This document shows, piece by piece, positions 28,684-36,718 of a stretch of 53,703 bases of DNA (position 1 is the stretch's first letter; each line of letters opens with the position of its first letter). This stretch comes from an uncultured Eubacteriales bacterium (GTDB taxonomy: Bacteria; Bacillota; Clostridia; TANB77; CAG-508). A program made the position numbers and the translations under genes. The stretch is from NCBI GenBank assembly GCA_963529075.1, contig CAURYI010000001.1, forward strand, positions 1 to 53,703. Direction: 5' to 3'. The notes below the pieces were generated by a model. It did not search any database and was not told the DNA's origin. It saw only the letters and a list, made by a program, of their open reading frames with translations.

Positions 28684-30033
28684 AATATTGCGTTTTCTTC
28701 TAAAATTAGCCCTTTTCTTTTTTATTTGTCTCATTTTAATAAAATATAAGATAAATATCACAACTGTTGAACCAATAATAATTAAAATAATATTTGAAAA
28801 AGTTGAAGATTCAACATCACTATCAGCAATCAAATCTACAGAATATTTAGCACCATCAACATTACATTCTAAATATCCAACAACATCGCCTTTTTTTATT
28901 GGAGCCAATACTTTTTTCATAACAATATTTCTATTTACATCTATTATATAATCCTGTTTTACTAATATATATAAATCCTCTTTTGCAATTAATTTTAAAT
29001 CCCTTGTTTTTGGAGTCCCATTAATTATTTTAGAAGTGGAAACCAAACTACCTTTATTTACAATTGTTTGATAATTGTATTTATTGAACCCAAATTCAAA
29101 CAAACGCATACAATCATGTTCTCTTGAAGAATTAATGTTTTTAATACTTTCAGACCCTAAAATTACAGCAATTAGATTTCGATTATCCTTTGTAGCAGAA
29201 GCAATTATACAATACCCAGCTGCATCAGTATAACCAGTTTTAAGACCAGTAGCATATTTATAAAATCCATAAGAATTCTTATTAATCAGATAATTAGTAT
29301 TATCAAAGACTCTCGGTTCAGAATATTGTTTAGAATATTCTGATGTAGGAGCCAATGAATAATGAGCTTTTTTAGTAATATTATTTAATTCAGGAAATTT
29401 TAAAGCATAACTACCAATTAAGCATAAATCATGGGCAGTAGAATAATGATTTTCATTATGAACCCCATTTGGATTGACAAAATGAGTTTTAGTACAACCA
29501 AGTTCTACAGCTTTTGAGTTCATCATATTTGAAAAAGTTTGAACATCCTGATCAAATTTCTTTTTAGCAGCGTCAGAACTAGACATATCATATTGATTAG
29601 AGCATCCGTTAGCGATGTATTGAGCTAAAATATAAGCCGCATCATTAGCAGATGGAATCATAAGCAAATTAAGTAATTGTTCAACAGTAAGTTCCTCATT
29701 TGGAACCAGTAACCCAGTAGAATATGTTCTAGGAATTTCATGAATTGAATAATAACTAGCCTTAACAATATCAGTTAATTTGCAGTGTTCCATAGCAAGT
29801 ATAGCAGTCATTGCTTTTGTTGTGCTAGCAGGAAACAATTTTTCATATGCATTTTTTGTATAAAGCAGTTTATTAGTATTAACATCATATAATACAGCAG
29901 CTTTAGCATAAACCGTAGAGGCATCAGAATTAATTGAGGTATTTGAAGTACCATGACTAAATACTGCAAAATTAGAAATAAATAATAATAAAATTAAAAA
30001 AAATGAAATCTTCTTTTTCAAAATAATCTCCAT
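28666..30033 (-). CDS. D-alanyl-D-alanine carboxypeptidase (PBP5/DacB type, S11)
   Basis: SxxK (ASTTKAMTA), SxN (PSANDAA) and KTG (LKTGYT) motifs. Signal peptide and C-terminal TM anchor. The start is either ATG at 30033 or TTG at 30021; the latter has a GGAGA RBS. Confidence 0.85.
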   Translation of the reverse strand: MEIILKKKISFFLILLLFISNFAVFSHGTSNTSINSDASTVYAKAAVLYDVNTNKLLYTKNAYEKLFPASTTKAMTAILAMEHCKLTDIVKASYYSIHEIPRTYSTGLLVPNEELTVEQLLNLLMIPSANDAAYILAQYIANGCSNQYDMSSSDAAKKKFDQDVQTFSNMMNSKAVELGCTKTHFVNPNGVHNENHYSTAHDLCLIGSYALKFPELNNITKKAHYSLAPTSEYSKQYSEPRVFDNTNYLINKNSYGFYKYATGLKTGYTDAAGYCIIASATKDNRNLIAVILGSESIKNINSSREHDCMRLFEFGFNKYNYQTIVNKGSLVSTSKIINGTPKTRDLKLIAKEDLYILVKQDYIIDVNRNIVMKKVLAPIKKGDVVGYLECNVDGAKYSVDLIADSDVESSTFSNIILIIIGSTVVIFILYFIKMRQIKKKRANFRRKRNIKNKLS

Positions 30034-30095
30034 CAATAAAACTTTCAATATCATATCAATTATATATTAATAAATCAAAAAATTAAAGGAGGAGC

Positions 30096-30764
30096 ATGGA
30101 TAAAGTAAAATCATTAATTGAGAAATTAAATATCAAACAGAGAATAGGAATCGCTGTAGCAGCATTATTAATAGTAGTTTTAGCTTTTATTTGGCTATAT
30201 AACATATATGGAAACGATTCTCCTAAAAATGAAAATAAAAAACAAACAGAAGGCAACAATGAAGTGGAGTTTAAGTTTGGATTAAAAGAAAAAGAAAATA
30301 AAACTATAATGGTAGATATTTCAGGAGAAGTTGTAACTCCAGGAGTTGTAAAGCTTACAGAAGGAGCAAGAATAATAGATGCGATAACAGCAGCCGGAGG
30401 AAAGACGGAAGATGCCGATTTATCAAAAGTAAATTTAGCTTATATACTAGAGGATGGTGTTCAATTATATATTCCAAGGTATAACGAAAAATTAGAGAAA
30501 GATATATTGCAAACTGAACCAGGAGTCGGAATTGTGCAAGAAGGAATAAATATAACTTCTAAAAAGGACACAAAAGTAAATATTAATACAGCCAACAAAG
30601 AAAAATTAACAACTCTGCCAGGCATAGGGCCCGGAACAGCAGATAAAATAATCGAACATAGGAGCAAAAATGGTAAATTTAAGACAACTGATGAAGTTAA
30701 GAAAATTCCAGGTATAGGAGAAAATAAATTCAAATCACTAAAAGATAAGATAACAATAAAATAA
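30096..30764 (+). CDS. comEA: ComEA-family DNA-binding protein (TM + SLBB + tandem helix-hairpin-helix)
   Basis: C-terminal NINTANKEKLTTLPGIGPGTADKIIEHR...KIPGIGENKFKSL. Confidence 0.8.
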   Translation: MDKVKSLIEKLNIKQRIGIAVAALLIVVLAFIWLYNIYGNDSPKNENKKQTEGNNEVEFKFGLKEKENKTIMVDISGEVVTPGVVKLTEGARIIDAITAAGGKTEDADLSKVNLAYILEDGVQLYIPRYNEKLEKDILQTEPGVGIVQEGINITSKKDTKVNINTANKEKLTTLPGIGPGTADKIIEHRSKNGKFKTTDEVKKIPGIGENKFKSLKDKITIK

Positions 30765-30857
30765 TAATGAAATATAATATTAAAATAAAATATCTTGAAA
30801 AAGAATGAATATAATTGTAAAATGTCAAAAGAATACATAAGAAAGGAGACAAAAGGT

Positions 30858-31577
30858 ATGAATTTACTAAAAAAAGGAATCGCTGAGTGTTTAGGAACAT
30901 TAGTATTAGTTTTCATTGCATGTGGTGTAGGAGCTTTATTTGGTGGAGCTAATTTAGTAGCAACAGCATTAGCATTTGGTCTATCAGTTGTTGCAATGGC
31001 ATATGCTATTGGAAAAATATCAGGATGCCATATAAACCCAGCAGTTTCTGTAGCAATGTTAATTAATAAAAGAATCACATTAAAAGAGTTTATTGTATAC
31101 ATTGTATCTCAATTCATTGGTGCAATTTTAGGTGCAGCTTTATTATATGCAATATTTAAACAATTTACTTTCAAAGGTTCAGAAATAATTAATGTTACAG
31201 GATTAGGAACAAACACATTTGGTGTTGTAGATGGTTCTGGAATTACTTTATTAGGTGCAATAATACTTGAAACAGTTCTAACATTCATTTTCTGTTATAC
31301 AGTATTAGGAGCAACTTCTGAAGAAAAAAATTCATCTGTAGCAGGATTAGTTATTGGTTTTGCATTAACAGTAGTTCATTTATTAGGAATTACTTTTACA
31401 GGAACATCAGTAAACCCAGCTAGATCATTCGGTCCAGCATTAGTAACAGCTATATCAGGAAATGGAACAGATGCATTAGCACAATCATGGTTATTCATCG
31501 TAGCCCCAATCCTAGGAGCAGTTATTGCAGGATTAGTATTTAAATTCTTAAATACAGTAAAAGAGGGAAAGAAATAA
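30858..31577 (+). CDS. MIP-family channel (aquaporin/glycerol facilitator)
   Basis: Two NPA boxes (HINPAVS and SVNPARS). ATG at 30858 follows an AAGGAGA RBS, so the track's 30795 start is rejected. Confidence 0.88.
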   Translation: MNLLKKGIAECLGTLVLVFIACGVGALFGGANLVATALAFGLSVVAMAYAIGKISGCHINPAVSVAMLINKRITLKEFIVYIVSQFIGAILGAALLYAIFKQFTFKGSEIINVTGLGTNTFGVVDGSGITLLGAIILETVLTFIFCYTVLGATSEEKNSSVAGLVIGFALTVVHLLGITFTGTSVNPARSFGPALVTAISGNGTDALAQSWLFIVAPILGAVIAGLVFKFLNTVKEGKK

Positions 31578-31708
31578 ATATAAAATAAATTTAAATTTAT
31601 AACAAAAAAGACAATAAAAATAGGATAGACTAAATATTCTAAATATTGTCTTTTTATTTTTTTTGTAGTATAATTTTTTTGAAAATTTAGAAAAAAGGAG
31701 GATAAATA

Positions 31709-32170
31709 ATGTACGGATATGGATACGGATACCCATCAAGCTATGCAGCAGCAGGAGCATTTGTAATGGGAACAATAATCTTAACAGTTATTATGTCTAT
31801 AATTGGAATAATATGTGTAGTATTAACATTGATCGGTCTTTGGAAAACATTTGAAAAATTAGGCTTACCAGGATGGGAAGGTTTACTTATTGGACACAAC
31901 TTAGTATGTTTATTTGAAAAAGCTGATATTCCAAAACAATATGTATTTTTCTATTACATTCCATATGTAGGATGGTTAGGAGCAAATATATACATGGGAA
32001 TTCAATTAATGAAGAAATTCGGAAAAGGACCTGGAATGGGTGTAGTTTTAGGATTATTCCCACCAATCGGATTTATGATTACAGGTTTCTCTAAAAACTA
32101 TGTATATCAAGGTGCAAAAGTAGAAGCAGAAGCAAAAGTTGAAACAACTACTACAGAAACAAATAAATAA
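31709..32170 (+). CDS. Small integral membrane protein (DUF5684-like)
   Basis: AAGGAGGA RBS. Four hydrophobic segments. GLPGWEGLLIGHNLVCLF motif. Confidence 0.55.
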   Translation: MYGYGYGYPSSYAAAGAFVMGTIILTVIMSIIGIICVVLTLIGLWKTFEKLGLPGWEGLLIGHNLVCLFEKADIPKQYVFFYYIPYVGWLGANIYMGIQLMKKFGKGPGMGVVLGLFPPIGFMITGFSKNYVYQGAKVEAEAKVETTTTETNK

Positions 32171-32174
32171 TAAA

Positions 32175-32209
32175 AAAAGAAGAATAATTTTAGAATTATT
32201 CTTTTTTTT
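32175..32209. terminator. Bidirectional terminator (membrane protein gene / dfx)
   Basis: GAATAATT-TTAG-AATTATTC core, extended by flanking A and T runs. Confidence 0.7.
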
Positions 32210-32224
32210 CTTTTTTAATTTTAA

Positions 32225-32599
32225 TTAGTTAACTTCTGTCATCCAAAGACCATGTTTATTACAATAAGCATAAACTTTTGATCCAGGTATATGGCAGAAT
32301 GATGCTGTAGCAACTTCACCAGGTTTTAAGTAAATAACTTTTTCTCTCTTTCCTGGAACAGAAATTGAAATCCATTCAATATAGTGATCATCTTCCATAA
32401 CGTGATTAACAGTTACATTAACTTTATCACCATCAACTATAACTTCTGGTTTGTGTTTTTCAACAGCTGCATCAACTGTGTTAGGAACACAATCAACCAT
32501 TAATTCACCACAACAAGTGATTGAATCACCTTTTCCTTTTAATACTCTAATTACTGCACCACAAACTGGGCATTTTTTAATAATATATTCTTCGTTCAT
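32225..32599 (-). CDS. dfx: Desulfoferrodoxin (2Fe superoxide reductase)
   Basis: 124 aa starting at MNEEYIIKKCPVCG. N-terminal desulforedoxin-type CxxC...CC site and C-terminal SOR site (HVMEDDHYIEW...YCNKHGLW). AAGGAGGA RBS at 32603-32610. Confidence 0.85.
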   Translation of the reverse strand: MNEEYIIKKCPVCGAVIRVLKGKGDSITCCGELMVDCVPNTVDAAVEKHKPEVIVDGDKVNVTVNHVMEDDHYIEWISISVPGKREKVIYLKPGEVATASFCHIPGSKVYAYCNKHGLWMTEVN

Positions 32600-32695
32600 A
32601 TAATCCTCCTTAATAATGTAGATAATATCTACTATAAAATTATAACAGAAAATTAATAAGAACTCAAACAAAAGTAAAAAAATATTTAATAAGTA

Positions 32696-32724
32696 TTGAC
32701 ATAATTTAAAAAAGTATGTATAAT
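32696..32724 (+). promoter_or_regulatory. Consensus sigma-A promoter of initiator tRNA
   Basis: TTGACA-17 nt-TATAAT, ending 18 nt upstream of the tRNA 5' end. Confidence 0.75.
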
Positions 32725-32742
32725 GATTAAAGTTTAATACAT

Positions 32743-32818
<76 letters not shown>

Positions 32819-32823
32819 GATTT

Positions 32824-32855
32824 ATCAAGGAATTCAAAGTTCCTTGATTTTTTTA
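32824..32855 (+). terminator. Terminator after tRNA-fMet
   Basis: ATCAAGGAA-TTCAAAG-TTCCTTGAT followed by T7. Confidence 0.8.
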
Positions 32856-32921
32856 TTTGCTTAAAAAAGCAACGAAAAAGTGGCGAAAGTTTTTGAAATT
32901 AAATAAATTTAGCAATAAAAG

Positions 32922-32996
32922 CAACGGAACAAAATATTAAAAAATCACGGAATAAATATTAAAAATATCACGGGTTAGACTTGATAAAAATCACGG
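32922..32996 (+). repeat. Four direct repeats AAAA(G/T)CA(A/C)CGG(A/G) phased at exactly 23 nt
   Basis: The (C/T)(A/C)ACGG cores start at 32922, 32945, 32968 and 32991. The last lies in the spacer of the downstream promoter. Confidence 0.7.
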
Positions 32997-33009
32997 AATA
33001 GTGTAAAAT
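32981..33009 (+). promoter_or_regulatory. Promoter of the DUF4143-type ATPase gene
   Basis: TTGATA-17 nt-TAAAAT. Confidence 0.5.
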
Positions 33010-33044
33010 ATATATAGAATCAAAAGTTAAAGAGGTAGTCATTA

Positions 33045-34325
33045 ATGAAAATAGAGAATTATAAAAAGAGAATTGCTGATGATAAGATAGAACGCTATTT
33101 AAAATTATTTGGTGCTATTAGCATTGAAGGTCCAAAGTATTGTGGTAAAACTTGGGCTGGAAGATATCATTCTAATAGTGAAATTCTTTTGCATAAAACT
33201 ACAGGAGAACAGTCAAATAATGTTGAACTGGCAAAAATGTCACCGTCCATTGTTTTAGAAGGTGAAAAACCAAGACTAATTGATGAATGGCAAGAAGCAA
33301 CAAATTTATGGGATGAAATTAGAATTGATGTTGATAAAACTGGATTGAAGGGACAATATATTCTAACAGGTTCATCTACTCCAAATAGAGAGGGAATAGC
33401 ACATAGTGGTGCAGGAAGATATGGAAAGATTCATTTAAGAACGATGAGTTTATACGAATCAGGAGATTCTACAGGAAATATATCATTAGAAGATTTATGT
33501 AATAATAAATTTAAAGGAAAAGCAACGGGAGAAGTAGATTTAAGAAATTTAGCAATGCTAATAATTAGAGGTGGCTGGCCTGCAAATTTAAAGTATTCTG
33601 CTAAAGATGCAAGCGAAGCAATAGAAGAGTATATAAATCTAATAATTAATGATGACTTATACAGATTAGATGGTGTAAATAGAGATAAGCATAAAGTAAG
33701 GTTATTACTTAAATCATTAGCAAGAAACGAAAGTACAACAGTTTCAAATATGACACTGAAAAAAGATATTAATGAAAGAGACCATGAAGATATAGACATA
33801 GATACATTAGCATCATATTTAAATGCATTAGATAAATTATTTTTACTGGATAATGACGAACCATTTTCAACTAATGTACGATCATCTGTAAGAGTTAAAA
33901 AATCAGAAAAAAGACATTTTGCGGATCCTTCTATTGCATGCTCGCTATTAAATATTAGAGAAGAAAATAAGCTTATAAATGATTTAGAAACATTTGGGTT
34001 TTTATTTGAGGCAATGGTAGAAAGAGATTTAAAAGTATATGCTGATAGCTTTAATGCAAAATGTTATCATTATCAAGATTATCAAGATAAAGAAATCGAT
34101 AGTGTTATAGAATTAAAAAATGGAGAATGGTGTGCATTTGAAATTAAACTTGGAGCGAATCAAATTGACAAAGCAGCTAATGATTTACTAAATTTAAAGA
34201 AACAAATTGAGGATGAAGATGGAAAAGTACCATCAGTTTTATGTGTGATTTGTGGATTAACAAATGCTGCATATCAAAGACCAGATGGAGTGTATGTAGT
34301 GCCAATTACTGCATTGAAACAATAA
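33045..34325 (+). CDS. AAA-type ATPase (AAA_14 + DUF4143-like architecture)
   Basis: Walker A GPKYCGKT near the N-terminus. 426 aa. The N-terminal pattern KRIADDKIERYLKLFGAISIEGPK is typical of this family. Confidence 0.7.
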   Translation: MKIENYKKRIADDKIERYLKLFGAISIEGPKYCGKTWAGRYHSNSEILLHKTTGEQSNNVELAKMSPSIVLEGEKPRLIDEWQEATNLWDEIRIDVDKTGLKGQYILTGSSTPNREGIAHSGAGRYGKIHLRTMSLYESGDSTGNISLEDLCNNKFKGKATGEVDLRNLAMLIIRGGWPANLKYSAKDASEAIEEYINLIINDDLYRLDGVNRDKHKVRLLLKSLARNESTTVSNMTLKKDINERDHEDIDIDTLASYLNALDKLFLLDNDEPFSTNVRSSVRVKKSEKRHFADPSIACSLLNIREENKLINDLETFGFLFEAMVERDLKVYADSFNAKCYHYQDYQDKEIDSVIELKNGEWCAFEIKLGANQIDKAANDLLNLKKQIEDEDGKVPSVLCVICGLTNAAYQRPDGVYVVPITALKQ

Positions 34326-34610
34326 AATATTATTTTAAAAATGGCATGGATTATTCTCTGCCATTTTCATGGTAACTATCTGGTATACCATCTGACAACC
34401 ACGGGTATATCAAAAATAATTGAACTGTAAAATACACCAATAATCCATTTATTCCCATCAAAAAAATGGCGAAAGTTTCAAAATAGAAAATAAGGGGTAG
34501 TATTGCAAAATAAAATATATTAAAATAAAACAAGTAAATGCTTAGAGTAGTATAACAATTTACACTATTTAAAAACAAAAGAAAATATTAGGCAAAAAGA
34601 ACGAATGTAC

Positions 34611-34656
34611 GCTCATAACCCAAAGGTCGCAGGTTCGAGTCTTGCCCCCGCAACCA
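34611..34656 (+). repeat. Orphan copy of the tRNA-fMet 3' half (anticodon loop to CCA); att-like direct repeat
   Basis: GCTCATAACCCAAAGGTCGCAGGTTCGAGTCTTGCCCCCGCAACCA matches 32773-32818 at 45 of 46 positions. Confidence 0.85.
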
Positions 34657-34746
34657 TGTAATCAAGGTTAATCCTTGATTTTTTTTATTTTAATTTAATA
34701 AAATGGAGAAACCCAGTGCATCAAAGTCCGATGCGCTGGGTTATTT

Positions 34747-35181
34747 TTAAATCTTAGTGATCCTTACGGTATTTCTACCATGCTCCTGATTTAAGTTATC
34801 GGGAATCATGATAGAGATCATGGCAGGCTCATCAGGGAGCCTGAGAGAAATGATCTCTGAAGTTTCAGGTTCGTCAGGATCAAACATCACCGCAACATCA
34901 ACCATTGGTCTTTCTTCATCATCCTCATCCCATGCAGGTCTTATGCTAATATATAGCGCAATGAAGTCCTGATTCGAATCAAACGAGAAGCATAGGTTGA
35001 TGCTTCCACCAACTTGATCCGGGTAGATAACTAGGTCCGATGTTTTGTTTGCAGGATCAGCAAAGACATTAACAAGCAAACAATTTTCTGAATCCTCAAC
35101 AATTGGTAACGATACACCTGTATCATCACCGTTTTTTGGGTAGGCTAAAAAACTAGCCTTCCGGTTACCTAAGAAATACAT
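34747..35181 (-). CDS. Hypothetical acidic protein (144 aa), compositional outlier
   Basis: AGGAGG RBS (CCTCCT at 35188-35193). A sampled line is about 43% GC. I recognise no motif. Confidence 0.6.
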   Translation of the reverse strand: MYFLGNRKASFLAYPKNGDDTGVSLPIVEDSENCLLVNVFADPANKTSDLVIYPDQVGGSINLCFSFDSNQDFIALYISIRPAWDEDDEERPMVDVAVMFDPDEPETSEIISLRLPDEPAMISIMIPDNLNQEHGRNTVRITKI

Positions 35182-35281
35182 AAATACCTCCTTAAAATTT
35201 GATAATTAATATTATATAACAAAATATATAAAAAATCAACTAAAAAGTTTAAAACATATAAACGTACAAACTAAATAAATG

Positions 35282-35333
35282 TTGACTTATAAAACAAAAA
35301 GTGATAAAATTTGAAAACGATTATCATTTTCAA
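35282..35333 (+). promoter_or_regulatory. Promoter (TTGACT-17-TAAAAT, TGn-extended) plus 23-bp palindromic Fur-family-type operator
   Basis: The -35 box is at 35282-35287 and the -10 box at 35305-35310. The palindrome TTGAAAACGATTATCATTTTCAA at 35311-35333 has 10 of 11 arm positions complementary and covers the predicted +1 site. Confidence 0.65.
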
Positions 35334-35353
35334 ATAATGCGCGGAGGAATAAA

Positions 35354-35752
35354 ATGAATAAGTATAATACAAAACAACAAGAGCTAATTTTAAATTATTT
35401 AAAACAAAATCATGAAAAAGACCTATCTGCACAAATGATAGTTAACTACATAATAAAAAAAAATAAACAGTGTAGCCAAACTACCGTATATAGGCAATTA
35501 AAAAGATTAGTAGAAGAAGGTGTTGTAGACAAGTACTATATCGATAGCAATTCTGTAAGTAGTTATTACAAATATATTAAAGACGACAAATGTAAAGAAC
35601 ATATCCACTTTAAGTGTGAAAAATGTGGAAAAACAATGCATTTAGAAAACAATGACTTAGAGAAAATCGAAACAGCATTAGAAAAAGAATATAAAGTAAA
35701 ATTAGATCCAAGCAAAACTGTTTTGTACGGGAAATGCAATGGATGTATTTAA
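35354..35752 (+). CDS. Fur-family metalloregulator (Fur/Zur/PerR subtype unresolved)
   Basis: 132 aa. Winged-helix segment TTVYRQLKRLVEEGVV. Structural Zn site HIHFKCEKCG...GKCNGC. Confidence 0.85.
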   Translation: MNKYNTKQQELILNYLKQNHEKDLSAQMIVNYIIKKNKQCSQTTVYRQLKRLVEEGVVDKYYIDSNSVSSYYKYIKDDKCKEHIHFKCEKCGKTMHLENNDLEKIETALEKEYKVKLDPSKTVLYGKCNGCI

Positions 35753-35773
35753 TAAAAAAAGGGAGAAAGAAAA

Positions 35774-36718
35774 ATGAGAGTATCTTTTTTAGGAAAAGGT
35801 GGAAGTGGTAAAACAACATTATCAACTTCATTTATAAAATTTTTAGAAAATAGGGATGAAAAAGTATTAGCAATAGATGCCGATATAAATGTGCATCTAG
35901 GACAAAGTTTAAATATGGAAACTAAATATTTAGGAGATGATTTTGAAGAAATTTCAAAATATTTAGAAAGAAATAATAAAATAATTATAGGAACAACACC
36001 ACCAACAAAGGATAGCACATTTATTAAACCATCACTTGATGATGAATTTTTTAAGAAATTTGCAACATTTAAAAATGAAAAATTAGCATTATTAACAGTT
36101 GGAACATATACTGATAAAAATGTAGGATATGCATGCTATCACAGTCAATTAGGAAGTGCAGTTTTAATATATAATAGATTATTGGACAATGAACAGTTGA
36201 CAGTAATAACTGACTCAACAGCAGGAGTTGATAGTGTTGGAACAAGTATGTTCTGCGTTTCAGACATTAATGTTTTTGTTGTAGAACCAACAAAGAAAAG
36301 CATTGATGTATATAAAGATTTTGTAGAAATAACAAAAAAATATAAAATAAATAATTATGTAATAGGAAATAAGGTTAGAAATCAAGATGATATAGAATTT
36401 ATCAAGTCACAAATAGATGAAAAGAATATTTTAGGTTTTGTTGCAGATTCAGAATATCTAAGAAAATATGAACAAGGAAATGAAGAAGAATTTAATAACT
36501 TTGTTTTAAATAATAATGAAATAAATGAAAAGATATTTGAGCTATTAAAATCAACAAAAAAAGACTGGAATAATTATTATGAAATTCAAAAACAGGTATA
36601 TAAAGATGATTGTGGTGAGTGGTATAGCCAATTTTATAATAAAGATTTAACAGAATACATTGATCCAGAATTCAATTATGAGGAAGTGATAAGATGTTTA
36701 AATTTACACCAAAATTAA
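35774..36718 (+). CDS. CooC/MinD-type (SIMIBI) P-loop ATPase with a ~100-aa C-terminal extension
   Basis: Deviant Walker A FLGKGGSGKTTLS. AIDADIN segment. GYACYHSQLG sits where CooC carries its CxC metal motif. Confidence 0.75.
   Translation: MRVSFLGKGGSGKTTLSTSFIKFLENRDEKVLAIDADINVHLGQSLNMETKYLGDDFEEISKYLERNNKIIIGTTPPTKDSTFIKPSLDDEFFKKFATFKNEKLALLTVGTYTDKNVGYACYHSQLGSAVLIYNRLLDNEQLTVITDSTAGVDSVGTSMFCVSDINVFVVEPTKKSIDVYKDFVEITKKYKINNYVIGNKVRNQDDIEFIKSQIDEKNILGFVADSEYLRKYEQGNEEEFNNFVLNNNEINEKIFELLKSTKKDWNNYYEIQKQVYKDDCGEWYSQFYNKDLTEYIDPEFNYEEVIRCLNLHQN

Larger units (their letters stand above)
32819..34656 (+). mobile_element. Putative degenerate integrated islet in the tRNA-fMet 3' end (no integrase present)
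   Basis: The 46-nt tRNA 3' half (32773-32818) is repeated at 34611-34656 with one mismatch. Each copy is followed by a related ATCAAGG...CCTTGAT-T(n) hairpin. Confidence 0.45.

Noticed and set aside
30096-30764. comEA lacking adjacent comEB/comEC as a sign of a broken competence locus
   Set aside because: The gene itself is intact, and comEC may simply lie elsewhere. This cannot be judged from one window.
32860-33010. Possible miniature CRISPR array, given regularly spaced repeats
   Set aside because: The repeat units are only about 12-15 nt with a 23-nt period. There are no spacer-sized unique segments and no cas genes. The pattern fits protein-binding iterons instead.
34351-34578. 75-aa minus-strand ORF inside the islet's right arm
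   Set aside because: No RBS, extreme Phe/Leu/Ile/Tyr composition, and it lies in AT-rich non-coding DNA.
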